From an uncultured delta proteobacterium (GTDB taxonomy: Bacteria > Myxococcota_A > UBA9160 > UBA4427), in contig CAWGJT010000005.1 in NCBI GenBank assembly GCA_963822965.1, positions 1,088,001-1,152,000 on the forward strand: a stretch of 64,000 nucleotides of DNA, given 5' to 3'. Shown here in pieces: positions 10,366 to 21,282 of the stretch (position 1 is its first letter; the number at the start of each line of letters is the position of its first letter). The position numbers and the translations under genes were made by a program. The notes under the pieces are model-generated. The model had not been told where the DNA came from. It saw nothing but the letters and a program-made list of their open reading frames with translations, and did not search any database.

Positions 10366-11160
10366 GTGTCGTCCTACGAGACCCTCGCCCTGCGCCAGGA
10401 GGGCCCGGTCGCCTGGCTCACCCTGAACCGGCCGGACTCCCTGAACGCCCTCAATCCCACTCTCGTCACGGAGCTGCGGGACTTCTTCGGCGGGCTTCCC
10501 GAGCGCGACGACGTGCGGGTGGTGGTGCTGCGCGGCGCCGGCCGCGCCTTCTGCGCGGGGCTCGACCTCAAGGACACGGGCGGCGGCGATGCACCCGGCT
10601 CGCCCGAGGGCGCGCTGCGCGGACAGCGCCGCATCAGCGAGCTCGCGATCCTGATGCGCCGCTGCCCCCAGCCCATCATCGCCTGCGTGCAGGGCGCCGC
10701 CGCGGGGGGTGGCTTCGCGCTGGCCCTGGCCTCGGACGTCCGCATCGCCGGCGAGTCGGCGCGCATGAACGCCGCCTTCATCAAGATCGGGCTCTCCGCC
10801 TGCGACGTCGGGGTGAGCTACCTGCTGCCGCGCCTGGTGGGCGCTTCCGTGGCCTACGAGCTGATGCTCACCGGACGCTTCATCCACGCCCAGCGCGCGC
10901 TGGCGACGGGCCTCGTGTCGGCGGTGGTGCCCGACGACGCCCTCGAGGAGGAGGCCCGCAAGCTCGCCGGCGAGATGATCCTGACGTCGCCCCTGGGCCT
11001 GCGTCTCACCAAGGAGTGTCTCAACGCGAGCCTCGACGCCGGGAGCCTCGAGCAGGCCATCGCCATGGAGGACCGCAACCAGGTGCTCTGCGCCACGAGC
11101 GACGACCTGCGCGAGGGCATCCGGGCCTTCCTGGAGAAGCGCAAGCCGCGCTGGGCCTGA
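10366..11160 (+). CDS. Enoyl-CoA hydratase/isomerase family protein
   Basis: LTLNRPDSLNAL, AFCAGLDL, GAAAGGG, EGIRAFLEKRKP. Confidence 0.92.
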   Translation: MSSYETLALRQEGPVAWLTLNRPDSLNALNPTLVTELRDFFGGLPERDDVRVVVLRGAGRAFCAGLDLKDTGGGDAPGSPEGALRGQRRISELAILMRRCPQPIIACVQGAAAGGGFALALASDVRIAGESARMNAAFIKIGLSACDVGVSYLLPRLVGASVAYELMLTGRFIHAQRALATGLVSAVVPDDALEEEARKLAGEMILTSPLGLRLTKECLNASLDAGSLEQAIAMEDRNQVLCATSDDLREGIRAFLEKRKPRWA

Positions 11161-11173
11161 GGCCGGTGGAGGT

Positions 11174-11206
11174 CCGGGCCGTCCGGCAGGGCACCGGACG
11201 GCCCGG
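11174..11206. terminator. GC hairpin between convergent enoyl-CoA hydratase and pspA genes
   Basis: CCGGGCCGTCCGG-N7-CCGGACGGCCCGG; no U-tract. Confidence 0.45.
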
Positions 11207-11218
11207 GAACCGAAGCGC

Positions 11219-11971
11219 TCAGCCCGCCGCCGGCGCCGCCTCCGCGCTGAAGGTGCGGCTGCTGGTCTCCGCCAGCGTGTGCACGTTCGCTTCCTTCTTC
11301 ATCTGCTCGAGCTCGTTGCGCGCCGACTGCATCCGCGCCTCGTCGCGGAACTCGCGCAGCCGGGTGCGCAGCCCGGTGTCGCCGAGCTCCTTGTCGATGT
11401 CGCCTTCCATCGTCAGGCGGGTGACGTACTCGCGCACGCCCTCGAGGGCGTCGAGCTCGGCGTCCGTCGAGAGCCCCTCGATGGCCACCTGCAGCCGCCG
11501 GCGCGCCTTGGCGTTGGCGAGGGTGGCGAGCATGCGGCCCTTCTCGCGCACCAGCGAGCGAATCTCCTCGCGGAAGCGCACGAGGTTGCCCTTGGCCTCC
11601 TCGGCCTGCTCACGCACCGCCGCCAGCTCCTCTTCGGCGCGCTCGAGCTCCTCGAAGAGCTGCTGCTTCTGGGCGATCAGGGTCAGCGAGATGTCGTCCT
11701 GGTGCCGGCGCACCGCGCGGCGGGCGTCGTCGTGCAGGCGGGCGATCTCGGCGCGGCGGTCGCCGATTTCGCTCTCGAGCTTGGTGCGCAGGTAGAGGAT
11801 GCCGGCGACCGCGGACTTGAGCTCCCGGTACTGGCGGACCCGCTCGCCGATCGCCTGCTCGTAGACGACCTCCGGACTCTGATGCTCGCGGTCCCGCACC
11901 CAGCGGCGGAACAAGCCAGTCACGAGACTGCGCAAACGCGCGAAGAAGCCTTCCGATCGGTCCATGCCCAT
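11219..11971 (-). CDS. pspA: PspA/IM30 (ESCRT-III-like) family protein
   Basis: N-terminal amphipathic GFFARLRSLVTGLF, then PEVVYEQAI, long coiled coil, ELEQMKKE terminus; GAGGAG RBS. Confidence 0.85.
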   Translation of the reverse strand: MGMDRSEGFFARLRSLVTGLFRRWVRDREHQSPEVVYEQAIGERVRQYRELKSAVAGILYLRTKLESEIGDRRAEIARLHDDARRAVRRHQDDISLTLIAQKQQLFEELERAEEELAAVREQAEEAKGNLVRFREEIRSLVREKGRMLATLANAKARRRLQVAIEGLSTDAELDALEGVREYVTRLTMEGDIDKELGDTGLRTRLREFRDEARMQSARNELEQMKKEANVHTLAETSSRTFSAEAAPAAG

Positions 11972-11999
11972 GTCTTCTCTCCTCTCGTTTCCGGCTCCT

Positions 12000-13414
<1,415 letters not shown>

Positions 13415-13418
<4 letters not shown>

Positions 13419-14566
13419 TGGCCACCTCCCTGGCGGCTACGCTTCGGAATCGTCAGCACGAACTCGGTTCCCTGGCCCGGGGCCGACGAGAGCTCGATGG
13501 TCCCGCCGTGGGCCTCGACCAGCTTCTTGGTGATCGGAAGGCCCAGACCCGTACCGCCGCGCTTCGACGTCACGAAGGGCGAGAAGATCTTCGCCCGCAG
13601 CTCGTCCGAGATGCCGGCGCCGTTGTCGCAGATGCGCACCCACACCTCGGTGCCGGCCAGGTTCTCGCCCATGGAGATGTCGAGGCGCGGAGACGGCGCG
13701 TGCGCGTCGCGCACGGCGTCCATGCCGTTGCCCACCAGGTTGATGACGATGCGGCGCAGCTTGTCGGCGTCGCCCTCCACCAGGCCCGGGGTGTCGAAGT
13801 TCTTCGTGATCTCGACGCCCTCTCGCGCGGCCCGGTCCCGGAAGGTCTCCAGTGCGGACTCGAGCACGTCGCTCATGCTCACCTGCGAGAAGCGGATCTC
13901 CTCGTCCCGGGCGAAGCGCAGCAGGTGCGTGATGGAGCGCTCCACGCGCTCGAGCTCCTGGACCGCCACCCGCGCGTACTCCGCGTTGTCGAGCGATTCG
14001 GGCTCCTCGCTCATCTGCTGCACCAGGCTCTTGGCCGCCGTGATCGGGTTGCGGATCTCGTGGGCGATCGAAGCCGACAGCTGCTCGAGGTCGCGGGAGT
14101 GCTCGCCCTCCATCGAGCGGCGCTCGGCGGAGACGTTCACCTGCACCTGGCGCTGCACTTCGTCCTCGATGATGCGCTCGCGCAGGCCGGGCTCCACCAT
14201 CAGCTTGAAGTAGCGCCGCCACATGCGGATGCCCCAGACCACCAGCAGCACGAAGCCCAGCCAGGTGAGCGGCGGGATCAGCAGGAGCACCAGGACGATG
14301 GCGCCCTTCTTGGCGGCGTCGAGGTAGAGCTCGGCCTTCTTCTCGGCCGCGTCTCGGGCGCGCGCGTAGTCCACCGGCGGCTCGGGCGCTGCGTCCTCGT
14401 GTCGCGACGGGCGACGGGCGGGAACCTGGGCCGGACCCGGTCGCTCCAGCTCTTCGAGGAAGCTCCGGTCGTCCAGCGCCGGGTCGTAGGGAATCTCGAG
14501 CTCGCCGCTGGAGTTCCGCCGATGGCGCCGTCTCGAACGGGTGCGCGGGCGCTCGCTTCGGGCCAT
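13415..14566 (-). CDS. Membrane histidine kinase B (2 TM, HisKA + HATPase)
   Basis: AHEIRNP H-box, NLVGNGMDA, DNGAGI, GTGLGL; two adjacent TM helices. Confidence 0.92.
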
Positions 14567-14634
14567 CGACGCAGCCTCCCTTCGGTTCGCCTCGAGGGTA
14601 CCAGCCGGACTCGCGCCCCTGTCGACACGGCGGC

Positions 14635-15798
14635 TCACGACGCGGCTCCGGCGTCCTTGGGGAACGACAGCACGAACTCGCTGCCGGACTCGTCCGACTC
14701 GACCTCGATCGAGCCCCCGTGCGCGTCGACGATCTTCTTGGAGAGGGCCAGGCCCAGCCCCGTACCCTGGTCCTTGGTGGTAAAGAAGGGGTTGAAGATC
14801 TTGTCGAGCACGTCGGGATGGATGCCCGGACCGTTGTCCCGGACCCGCACCCACACCTCCGTGGCGGCCAGGTTCTCGCCCGCCGCGATCTGCAGCCGCG
14901 GGACGGGAGAGTCCCCCTGCTCGAGCGCGTCGAGGGCGTTGCCGACGAGGTTCACCAGGACGCGCCGCATCCGCTCCGGGTCGCCCCGCATGCGGCCGGG
15001 CGTGTCGAGCTGCAGCTCGAGCTCGACACCCAGCAGGTCGATGCGGTCGCGGAAGCTCTCCACCGCCGACGCTACCACGTCGCACATGTCGAACGAGTCG
15101 AAGTGCAGCTCTTCGTCGCGGGCGTAGCGAAGCAGGTGCGAGATCGACCGCTCGACCCGATCGAGCTCCTCCAAGGCGATGTTCGCGTACTCGATGTTGC
15201 GGCTGGAGACCGGGTCCTCGCCCATCTGCTGCACGAGGCTCTTGGCGGCGGTGACGGGATTGCGGATCTCGTGGGCGATGGAGGCGGAGAGATCCTCGAG
15301 GGATCGCTCGTGACGGCTCGCCACGGCCCGGCGCGCCTGGGTGACGCTGCGGGCCACGTTGCGGCCGACCTCGTCCTCGATCAGCCGCTTGCGGAGACCG
15401 GGAGCGACGACCGCGGAGAAGTAGTGGATGGCGAGGCCGATGCCCCAGGCCGCCGCCACGACGAAGGTGACACGGATGCTGCGGGACGAGATCAGGATGA
15501 GCGCCAGCACCGACAGATAGGCGACGCCGTGGGTGAGGAAGCCGATCTTGGCGTTGGCCCGGCGACGCGCCTCGCGATAGGTGCGTTCCTCGGGCGTGAG
15601 CGGTTGGCGCCGGCGGCTGCGCGAGCCCTCGGGGCGGCCGGGGTCGGCGAGGGGCTCGCTCGCATCCCGGCGTCGCGCATGCCGCTCCTGCCGCTCGCGG
15701 CGCCGACGACGATGGCGCTCCCGGCGCTCCTCCTCGCGCTCCCGGCGGTGTTCCTCCCGCTCGCGGCGGTGTTCCAGGCGCTCCCTCTCACGAGCCAT
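14635..15798 (-). CDS. Membrane histidine kinase A (2TM domain, HisKA + HATPase)
   Basis: GGAAAGGAG RBS; YREARRR..AKIGFLTH..AY...WGIGLAIHY (2TM pattern); AHEIRNP, DNGPGI, PFFTTK, GTGLGL. Confidence 0.93.
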   Translation of the reverse strand: MARERERLEHRREREEHRREREEERRERHRRRRRERQERHARRRDASEPLADPGRPEGSRSRRRQPLTPEERTYREARRRANAKIGFLTHGVAYLSVLALILISSRSIRVTFVVAAAWGIGLAIHYFSAVVAPGLRKRLIEDEVGRNVARSVTQARRAVASRHERSLEDLSASIAHEIRNPVTAAKSLVQQMGEDPVSSRNIEYANIALEELDRVERSISHLLRYARDEELHFDSFDMCDVVASAVESFRDRIDLLGVELELQLDTPGRMRGDPERMRRVLVNLVGNALDALEQGDSPVPRLQIAAGENLAATEVWVRVRDNGPGIHPDVLDKIFNPFFTTKDQGTGLGLALSKKIVDAHGGSIEVESDESGSEFVLSFPKDAGAAS

Positions 15799-15997
15799 CT
15801 CGAAGCGCTCCTTTCCGAGGCCGAAGGCCTCGCCGGTGGCATCCAGCTCGGCTTCGACCCTCGCCCGCTGCTTCCAGCGGCCTGCCGGGAACGGGCCTCC
15901 CGCCGTCGCTGCCCCCGTGCACGTTCGCCGTGTGCCCACCTGCGCTCACTCCCCGCCAGCCTCTGCTGCGTCTGGCGTTCGCTTGGAACGCTTTCTG

Positions 15998-16013
15998 AGC
16001 AAGTGCCGTGCCG
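15998..16013 (-). promoter_or_regulatory. Sigma54 (-24/-12) promoter of the HK-HK-RR-pspA operon
   Basis: Minus strand CGGCACGGCACTTGCT matches YGGCACG-N4-TTGCW with exact GG..GC spacing. Confidence 0.8.
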
Positions 16014-16030
16014 AGAGAGAGGTCCTTTGT

Positions 16031-16043
16031 TTTCAGCGAGTTG
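16031..16043. promoter_or_regulatory. IHF-like site between sigma54 promoter and enhancer
   Basis: TTTCAGCGAGTTG vs WATCAANNNNTTR (2 mismatches) preceded by T-rich tract. Confidence 0.45.
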
Positions 16044-16085
16044 CGCGACCGCCGCCAGCTCTCCACTGCAGTGCCGACGCTTCGA

Positions 16086-16105
16086 GTGCAGCAAATCTAC
16101 TGCAC
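16086..16105. promoter_or_regulatory. Candidate upstream activator sequence for the sigma54 regulator
   Basis: Palindrome GTGCAG-N8(AT-rich)-CTGCAC about 75-90 bp upstream of the -24 box. Confidence 0.5.
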
Positions 16106-16234
16106 AACCGGCCTGTGTACCCCTCTGGGCTCGCCCGAGATCCCCGCGGGCGATCTCGGGCGCCGAGCCACGCCCCACGCGGGCCCTGATAGACTCCCGG
16201 CCCTGGCAACGCGCGCCCCAAAACCGGAGTCCCC

Positions 16235-16903
16235 ATGTCCCTCACCGTCATCGGCGGCAACGTGTCGCCCTTCGTCCGCAAGGTCCGTGTCTTCTGCGCC
16301 GAGAAAGGCATCGAGTACACCCTCGAGCCCTTGAACCCCTTCGCACCGCCCGAGGGCTTCCTCGAGATCAGCCCGCAGAAGAAGATCCCGGTGCTGCGGG
16401 ACGGCGATCGCCACCTGCCGGACTCGTCGGTGATCTGCCTGTATCTCGAGCGCACGCACCCGGAGACGCCCCTCTATCCCGAAGACCCCTTCGCGTACGG
16501 CCGCACCCTGTGGCTCGAGGAGTACATGGACAGCGGCTTCGTGCCCGTCGCCGGCCCGAAGTGCTTCTTGCCGCTGGTGCTGGCGCCGCTCATGTCCGGC
16601 AAGGAGCCCGACGAGACCGAGCCCCTGCGCGCGGCCGCCGAAGAGCTGCCGAGGTTCTTCGACTACCTCGAGAAGGAGCTCGGCGACGAGGAGTTCTTCG
16701 TCGCCGGACGGCTCACCCTGGCGGACATCGCCGTGGCGAGCCCCTTCGTGAACCTGCGCCACGCCGGCATCGCGCCGGAGCGAAAGCGTTGGCCCCGGCT
16801 GCGGGGCTTCCTCGACCGCATGTGGGGACGACCCTCGTTCAAGGCCTGCATCGAGGAGGAGACGCCGGTCTTCGGCAAGCGCGCGGGCCGGATCGCGGAC
16901 TGA
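16235..16903 (+). CDS. Glutathione S-transferase family protein
   Basis: SPFVRKV, ISPQKKIPVL, DSSVI..YLE, LTLADIA. Confidence 0.92.
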   Translation: MSLTVIGGNVSPFVRKVRVFCAEKGIEYTLEPLNPFAPPEGFLEISPQKKIPVLRDGDRHLPDSSVICLYLERTHPETPLYPEDPFAYGRTLWLEEYMDSGFVPVAGPKCFLPLVLAPLMSGKEPDETEPLRAAAEELPRFFDYLEKELGDEEFFVAGRLTLADIAVASPFVNLRHAGIAPERKRWPRLRGFLDRMWGRPSFKACIEEETPVFGKRAGRIAD

Positions 16904-16985
16904 CCCGGCGATCGACGCCCGGCATCCGGGCGGGACGACACCTGGGACGAGAGCTTGGGACGAGCGACGAAAGGAGAAGTCACCG

Positions 16986-17276
16986 GTGGTGACCATCGGA
17001 ATGAACTATGCGGTGCTCGCAGGCAAGGAGAAGATCTTCGAGGACGCCTGCGCGAAGGTCGTCAAGACGATGGAGGCCATCGAAGGTCACGACCGCTCGG
17101 AGATCTACCGGAGTATCTCCTCGGAGGACGCCAACTACCTGATCGTCTCGCGTTGGCAGAGCGAGCAGGCCTTCCAGGATTTCATCGCCTCCGACGCCTT
17201 CAAGAAGGTGACCAACTGGGGCAAGGAGAACATCCTGGCGCGACGCCCCTCGCACACCACCTACCGGGAAGGTTGA
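16986..17276 (+). CDS. Antibiotic biosynthesis monooxygenase (ABM) domain protein
   Basis: AAGGAG RBS; GKEKIFE...YLIVSRWQSEQAFQDF. Confidence 0.85.
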   Translation: MVTIGMNYAVLAGKEKIFEDACAKVVKTMEAIEGHDRSEIYRSISSEDANYLIVSRWQSEQAFQDFIASDAFKKVTNWGKENILARRPSHTTYREG

Positions 17277-17734
17277 CGCTGCCGGGGCGAGCGACGCGAG
17301 CGCTCGCGCTCGCCTGGCTTCTCGGGTGCGCGGGCTGTGCGGCTCCCACACCCGAGAACCTCGGGGTGCACGAGGGCCGGCTCGCGCCGTGCCCCTCCTC
17401 ACCGAACTGCGTCTCGACGGCGGGCGACGACGCCCACCGCACCGATCCCTTCGTGCTCGCCATGCCCCCCGAGCGGGCGTGGCCGCTCGTCCCCGACGCG
17501 GTCACGTCCCTGCCCGGCACGCGCATCGTGGAGGCCGACGGCGGCTACCTCCACGCCGAGTGCACGACCCCGCTCATGCGGTTCGTCGACGACCTCGAGC
17601 TGCTGCTGCTGGCCGACGAGGGCCGCATCGCCGTGCGCTCGGCCTCGCGGACGGGCTGGTCGGACCTGGGAGCGAACCGCGAGCGCGTCTGGCAGCTCCG
17701 TCGCGCCCTCCACCAAAGAGGGGTGATCCGGTGA
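17273..17734 (+). CDS. DUF1499 domain protein (probable lipoprotein)
   Basis: LAPCPSSPNCVS, FVDDLEL, RSASRTGWSDLGANRER; TTG start overlaps upstream stop. Confidence 0.85.
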   Translation: MTLPGRATRALALAWLLGCAGCAAPTPENLGVHEGRLAPCPSSPNCVSTAGDDAHRTDPFVLAMPPERAWPLVPDAVTSLPGTRIVEADGGYLHAECTTPLMRFVDDLELLLLADEGRIAVRSASRTGWSDLGANRERVWQLRRALHQRGVIR

Positions 17735-18393
17735 ATCTCGCCCGTACTCTGGTAGGCCTCCTCGCACTGCTGACGCTCGCCTGCGCGGGCCTCTCGGTGG
17801 TGCCCGTGCAGGAGGCCGGCCTGACCGAGAACCCGCCGGCCGGGCCCGCCGTGAAGATCGCCAGCACACTCGACCAGCGCGACTTCCAGGACTTCTCGGG
17901 CCGCGGCCTCACGCCAACCCTGGCGGGCGACGACCCGGAGCTTCGCCCCCGCGCCGTCGCCCGCGGCGCCGGTCCGGGCGGCGGCAGCGGGAACGTGCTC
18001 CTCTCGCCCGACTCCTCGGTGGAGCAGATCGTCGCCCAGGCCGTGGGACGGGCCCTGCGCGCTGCCCGCTTCCGGGTGCTGACCGCCAGCGACCCGGGCT
18101 TCGCGAAGGCGGTGCCCCTCACCCTCGGCATCGAGCAGCTCTGGATGATGAACGAGCCGGGCGCGCCCGCCTGGGTGGACGCCGAGATCCGCGTCCGCAT
18201 CTCGGGACCGATTCCCGGGCTCGAGCGCGGCGCGGTCGTCGAGGCGCGCAAGAAGCTCTCGCGCGCCGGCTGGACCTTCGGCATGTGGCAGGAGGCGCTC
18301 GGCAAGGCGCTGGACGAGCTCACCCGCAAGTCCCAGGTCGAGCTCGAAGCCGTGCGCGCGAGCCTGGACGCGGCCTCGAGCTCCTCTTCGTAG
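17731..18393 (+). CDS. Putative lipoprotein (YajG-like)
   Basis: GTGA-coupled start; signal ending LTLAC; coding-like codon usage. Confidence 0.65.
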   Translation: MNLARTLVGLLALLTLACAGLSVVPVQEAGLTENPPAGPAVKIASTLDQRDFQDFSGRGLTPTLAGDDPELRPRAVARGAGPGGGSGNVLLSPDSSVEQIVAQAVGRALRAARFRVLTASDPGFAKAVPLTLGIEQLWMMNEPGAPAWVDAEIRVRISGPIPGLERGAVVEARKKLSRAGWTFGMWQEALGKALDELTRKSQVELEAVRASLDAASSSSS

Positions 18394-18454
18394 CGGGTCG
18401 GCCGAGGCCGGACGGACGAGAGACGGAACCCGGTCGGTCCAGCGGAGTCCGCGA

Positions 18455-18484
18455 TTGACATCGGGAAGCTCCGGTGCGCATGCT
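18455..18484 (+). promoter_or_regulatory. Candidate sigma70 promoter
   Basis: TTGACA-N18-CATGCT upstream of PEP-CTERM gene. Confidence 0.4.
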
Positions 18485-18553
18485 TGCCTGTCGACGCTCG
18501 GCCCCATCCTTGGCGAACGCGGGGACCCAGCTCAGCCGACGGGACGAATGCCC

Positions 18554-19285
18554 ATGCGCCGCCCCGGAATCCCGAGCCTGATCCTCTGCGTGCTCTGCTT
18601 GCTCTGCGTATCGGCGCTCGACGGCACCGCACAAGCCGCCCCCGTCGTCGTCTCGTACTCCCTGAGCGGCTCCCTGGTCGCCTCCATTGGAGGCTGGGAC
18701 CAGTTGCGACCCATCCACGGCCGCATGACCGTCGTCTACCAGGGAACCGGCTCGCAGACACTGTCCGGTCCGTCCGGAGGCTTCGTGGGAGCCGCGCAGA
18801 TCAAGCGGTTCGACATGACCGTGGACGCGCGGGTCACGAACTTCAACAACGTGTCGTTCACGGGGCCCGTCCGGATGGTCGAGTACGCGCAGCCGAGCGG
18901 GGCCTTCGACGGCGATCTCAGCCTGCCGCTCCATGGTTTCGCGAGCACGTTCCTTCCCTGCCACGGCGGCAGCTACACGTGCTCGGGAGTCGCCCCCGCC
19001 CTCCCGGTCTTGCTCACCCTCGACGGCCCCCTGCTCGATTCGTCCACGCCCGCGCCTACCGTCGCCGGCCACGTGCTGCACTTCGATCTCGGCCCGGTCG
19101 CGAAGCTCTTCGACATCATCCCGATGTCCGGCAACCTGACCGCGACGGAGGTGGGTCGGACCGTGGTCCCCGAGCCCGACGGCGCACCCCGGGTGGCGCT
19201 CGTCGTGCTGCTCGCCCTCACCCTGTGGGGTGGCCGGCAGCGCTTCCGGATCGTCTCCGAGCGCGCCGCGCACGACGATTCCTGA
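18554..19285 (+). CDS. Secreted PEP-CTERM-type sorting domain protein
   Basis: Signal peptide ending AQA; C-terminal VVPEP + hydrophobic helix + GRQRFR. Confidence 0.75.
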   Translation: MRRPGIPSLILCVLCLLCVSALDGTAQAAPVVVSYSLSGSLVASIGGWDQLRPIHGRMTVVYQGTGSQTLSGPSGGFVGAAQIKRFDMTVDARVTNFNNVSFTGPVRMVEYAQPSGAFDGDLSLPLHGFASTFLPCHGGSYTCSGVAPALPVLLTLDGPLLDSSTPAPTVAGHVLHFDLGPVAKLFDIIPMSGNLTATEVGRTVVPEPDGAPRVALVVLLALTLWGGRQRFRIVSERAAHDDS

Positions 19286-19466
19286 ACGCTCCTCAGGCCC
19301 GTCCAGACCCGAGCGCCCATCGCCCGATCGCGTCTTCGGGCGAGGCCCCTTCCGCGGGACGTCGCGCCCGCAGGCCTGGAATCCGCTCTACCATCGCGTC
19401 CCCTCACCTCGATCGCCCGCTCCGGATCTCCCGCGTGGAGCCCCGGCCTGGAGGAGCGCCCTCGCG

Positions 19467-20351
19467 ATGGACGTTGGAATCTGCCTGCCCTACATGGAGC
19501 GCGACCTCGATCGCGAACGCATCCTCGGCTGGTGCCGTGGCGTCGACGAAGGTCCCTTCGCGAGCCTCTCCTGCGGCGAGCGCATCACCGGCTACACGCT
19601 CGAGATGCGCACGACCCTGGCGGCGGCGGCGGCCGTCACGGAACGGGTGCGCATCGTCCCCTCCCTCTACGTGCTGCCCATGCACTCCGCGGTCTGGGCC
19701 GCCAAGGAGATCGCCACCCTCGACGTCCTCTCGAACGGCCGCGTCACGGTGACCGTCGGCGTGGGCGGACGACCCGGAGACTACGAGGCGGTGGGCGCGT
19801 CGGCGGCCCGACGTCACGCGCGCATGGACGAGCAGGTGGCGGAGATGCGCCGCATCTGGCGCGGCGAGCCGCTCGGCGAGGGCCTGGACGAGGTGGGGCC
19901 GCGGCCCGTGCAGCCGGGCGGACCGCCGATCCTGGCCGGCGTGATGGGCCCCAAGGCGACGCGCCGCGCCGCGGCGTGGGCCGACGGCGTGTATCTCTGG
20001 TCGGGCAACGGCGTCGGGAGCGAGATCGAGCGCGCGATCCAGGGGGTGGACGGGTCGTGGGCGGACGCGAAGCGCGACGCGCCCCCGCGCCGGACGGCAG
20101 GCTTCTGGTACAGCCTCGCGCCGAACGCCCAGGAGCGGCTCTCGACCTATGTGTACGACTACATCAAGGTGCTGGGCGAGAACGCGGCCCGGGCCATGGC
20201 GAAGCGGATGAACCGCAGCAGCGCCGACGCCGTGCTCGAATCCCTCGACGCCATGGAAGCGCTCGGCTGCGACGAGTGCTTCCTCGTGCCCGCGACCTCG
20301 GATCTGGCCGAGGTGGAGCGCGCCGCGGAGGTGGTCGCGAAGCGCGGCTGA
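19467..20351 (+). CDS. LLM class flavin-dependent oxidoreductase
   Basis: GGAGGAG RBS; AAVTERVRI, AKEIATLDVLSNGR, PRPVQPGGPPI, AAAWADG. Confidence 0.9.
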   Translation: MDVGICLPYMERDLDRERILGWCRGVDEGPFASLSCGERITGYTLEMRTTLAAAAAVTERVRIVPSLYVLPMHSAVWAAKEIATLDVLSNGRVTVTVGVGGRPGDYEAVGASAARRHARMDEQVAEMRRIWRGEPLGEGLDEVGPRPVQPGGPPILAGVMGPKATRRAAAWADGVYLWSGNGVGSEIERAIQGVDGSWADAKRDAPPRRTAGFWYSLAPNAQERLSTYVYDYIKVLGENAARAMAKRMNRSSADAVLESLDAMEALGCDECFLVPATSDLAEVERAAEVVAKRG

Positions 20352-20401
20352 GCGCACGCCGAGGCCGCAGCCCGGCATGCGAAGCGCAGGCCCGAGCCAC
20401 G

Positions 20402-20797
20402 TCAGACCGGTCGGTGCGTCGTCCCCTCGCCATCGGTCACGAAGAGCATCCTCGTCGGCTCGTCGGTCCGGGCCGTGTGCCAGGTGCCGCGGGGCACGAA
20501 GACGAAGGTGCCCGGCTGCGAGAGCTCCACGGTCTCGTGCTTGCCGCCTTCCCGCTCGAGGGTGAAGGCCGCCCGGCCCGACAGCAGGCAGACGATCTCG
20601 TCACCGTTCGGATGTACCTCCCAGCTCTCCCACGGCCCGTCGAACGCGAAGAGCGAGAGCATGCGGCCGGCGCCCAGCTCGCCGAGCTTCCCCGACGTGA
20701 GGTCCTGCCAGAACGTGTCGGTCACCTCGAGCGGGACCGTGCGGCCGTCGCCGGCCAGGTGGACGAAGGTCTTCTCCAGGTCGAATAGGGTCCTCAT
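20402..20797 (-). CDS. Cupin domain protein
   Basis: WEVHPNGDEIV and VPRGTWHTA cupin motifs; alternative ATG at 20806. Confidence 0.88.
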   Translation of the reverse strand: MRTLFDLEKTFVHLAGDGRTVPLEVTDTFWQDLTSGKLGELGAGRMLSLFAFDGPWESWEVHPNGDEIVCLLSGRAAFTLEREGGKHETVELSQPGTFVFVPRGTWHTARTDEPTRMLFVTDGEGTTHRPV

Positions 20798-20909
20798 GGA
20801 TTCCATCTTACGCCGTCCGGTGTGGTTCTTCCCGGATTCGCCACGGGAGCGGCGCACCGCTGCAACGGTCCGCGCCGACGCTCTCCGCAGCATCCGGGGG
20901 GATTCCATC

Positions 20910-21176
20910 GTGGCCGAGATCCACTGGTCGAACAGCGGGCTGCGGGTCCGCTGCGGGGAAAGCGGCTTCGCGGTGTCGGGCGAGGGCTTCACCGTTTGGG
21001 ACGAGCTGCTCGGCGACGCGCTCGAGGGCGCCGCGCTGCTCCAGGGCCGGCTTGCCACCCGCGCCCCCGCCCACCCGCCGGCTTCACCGACGGTGGAGGA
21101 TTCCAGCGGCGTCTCGCGGCTTCGGCGCCGATCGGCCCGGCCGCACGAGAACGAGACGCCTTCGTCACGTTCCTGA
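20910..21176 (+). CDS. Small hypothetical protein
   Basis: GTG after G-rich RBS; fills intergenic gap; no family recognised. Confidence 0.35.
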   Translation: MAEIHWSNSGLRVRCGESGFAVSGEGFTVWDELLGDALEGAALLQGRLATRAPAHPPASPTVEDSSGVSRLRRRSARPHENETPSSRS

Positions 21177-21282
21177 CACGAGACGGGTAGAACAACGTCT
21201 CGCATCCGTGACCCCCGCTTGACCGGGCACACCGATCCTTCCGGGCGTGAGCGGCCCACCGACCGCTCGGAGGCATGGACCG

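Noticed and set aside
16128..16169. Hairpin upstream of the GST gene as another repeat-element copy
   Set aside because: No sequence similarity to the GACCCAAGAC family and single occurrence
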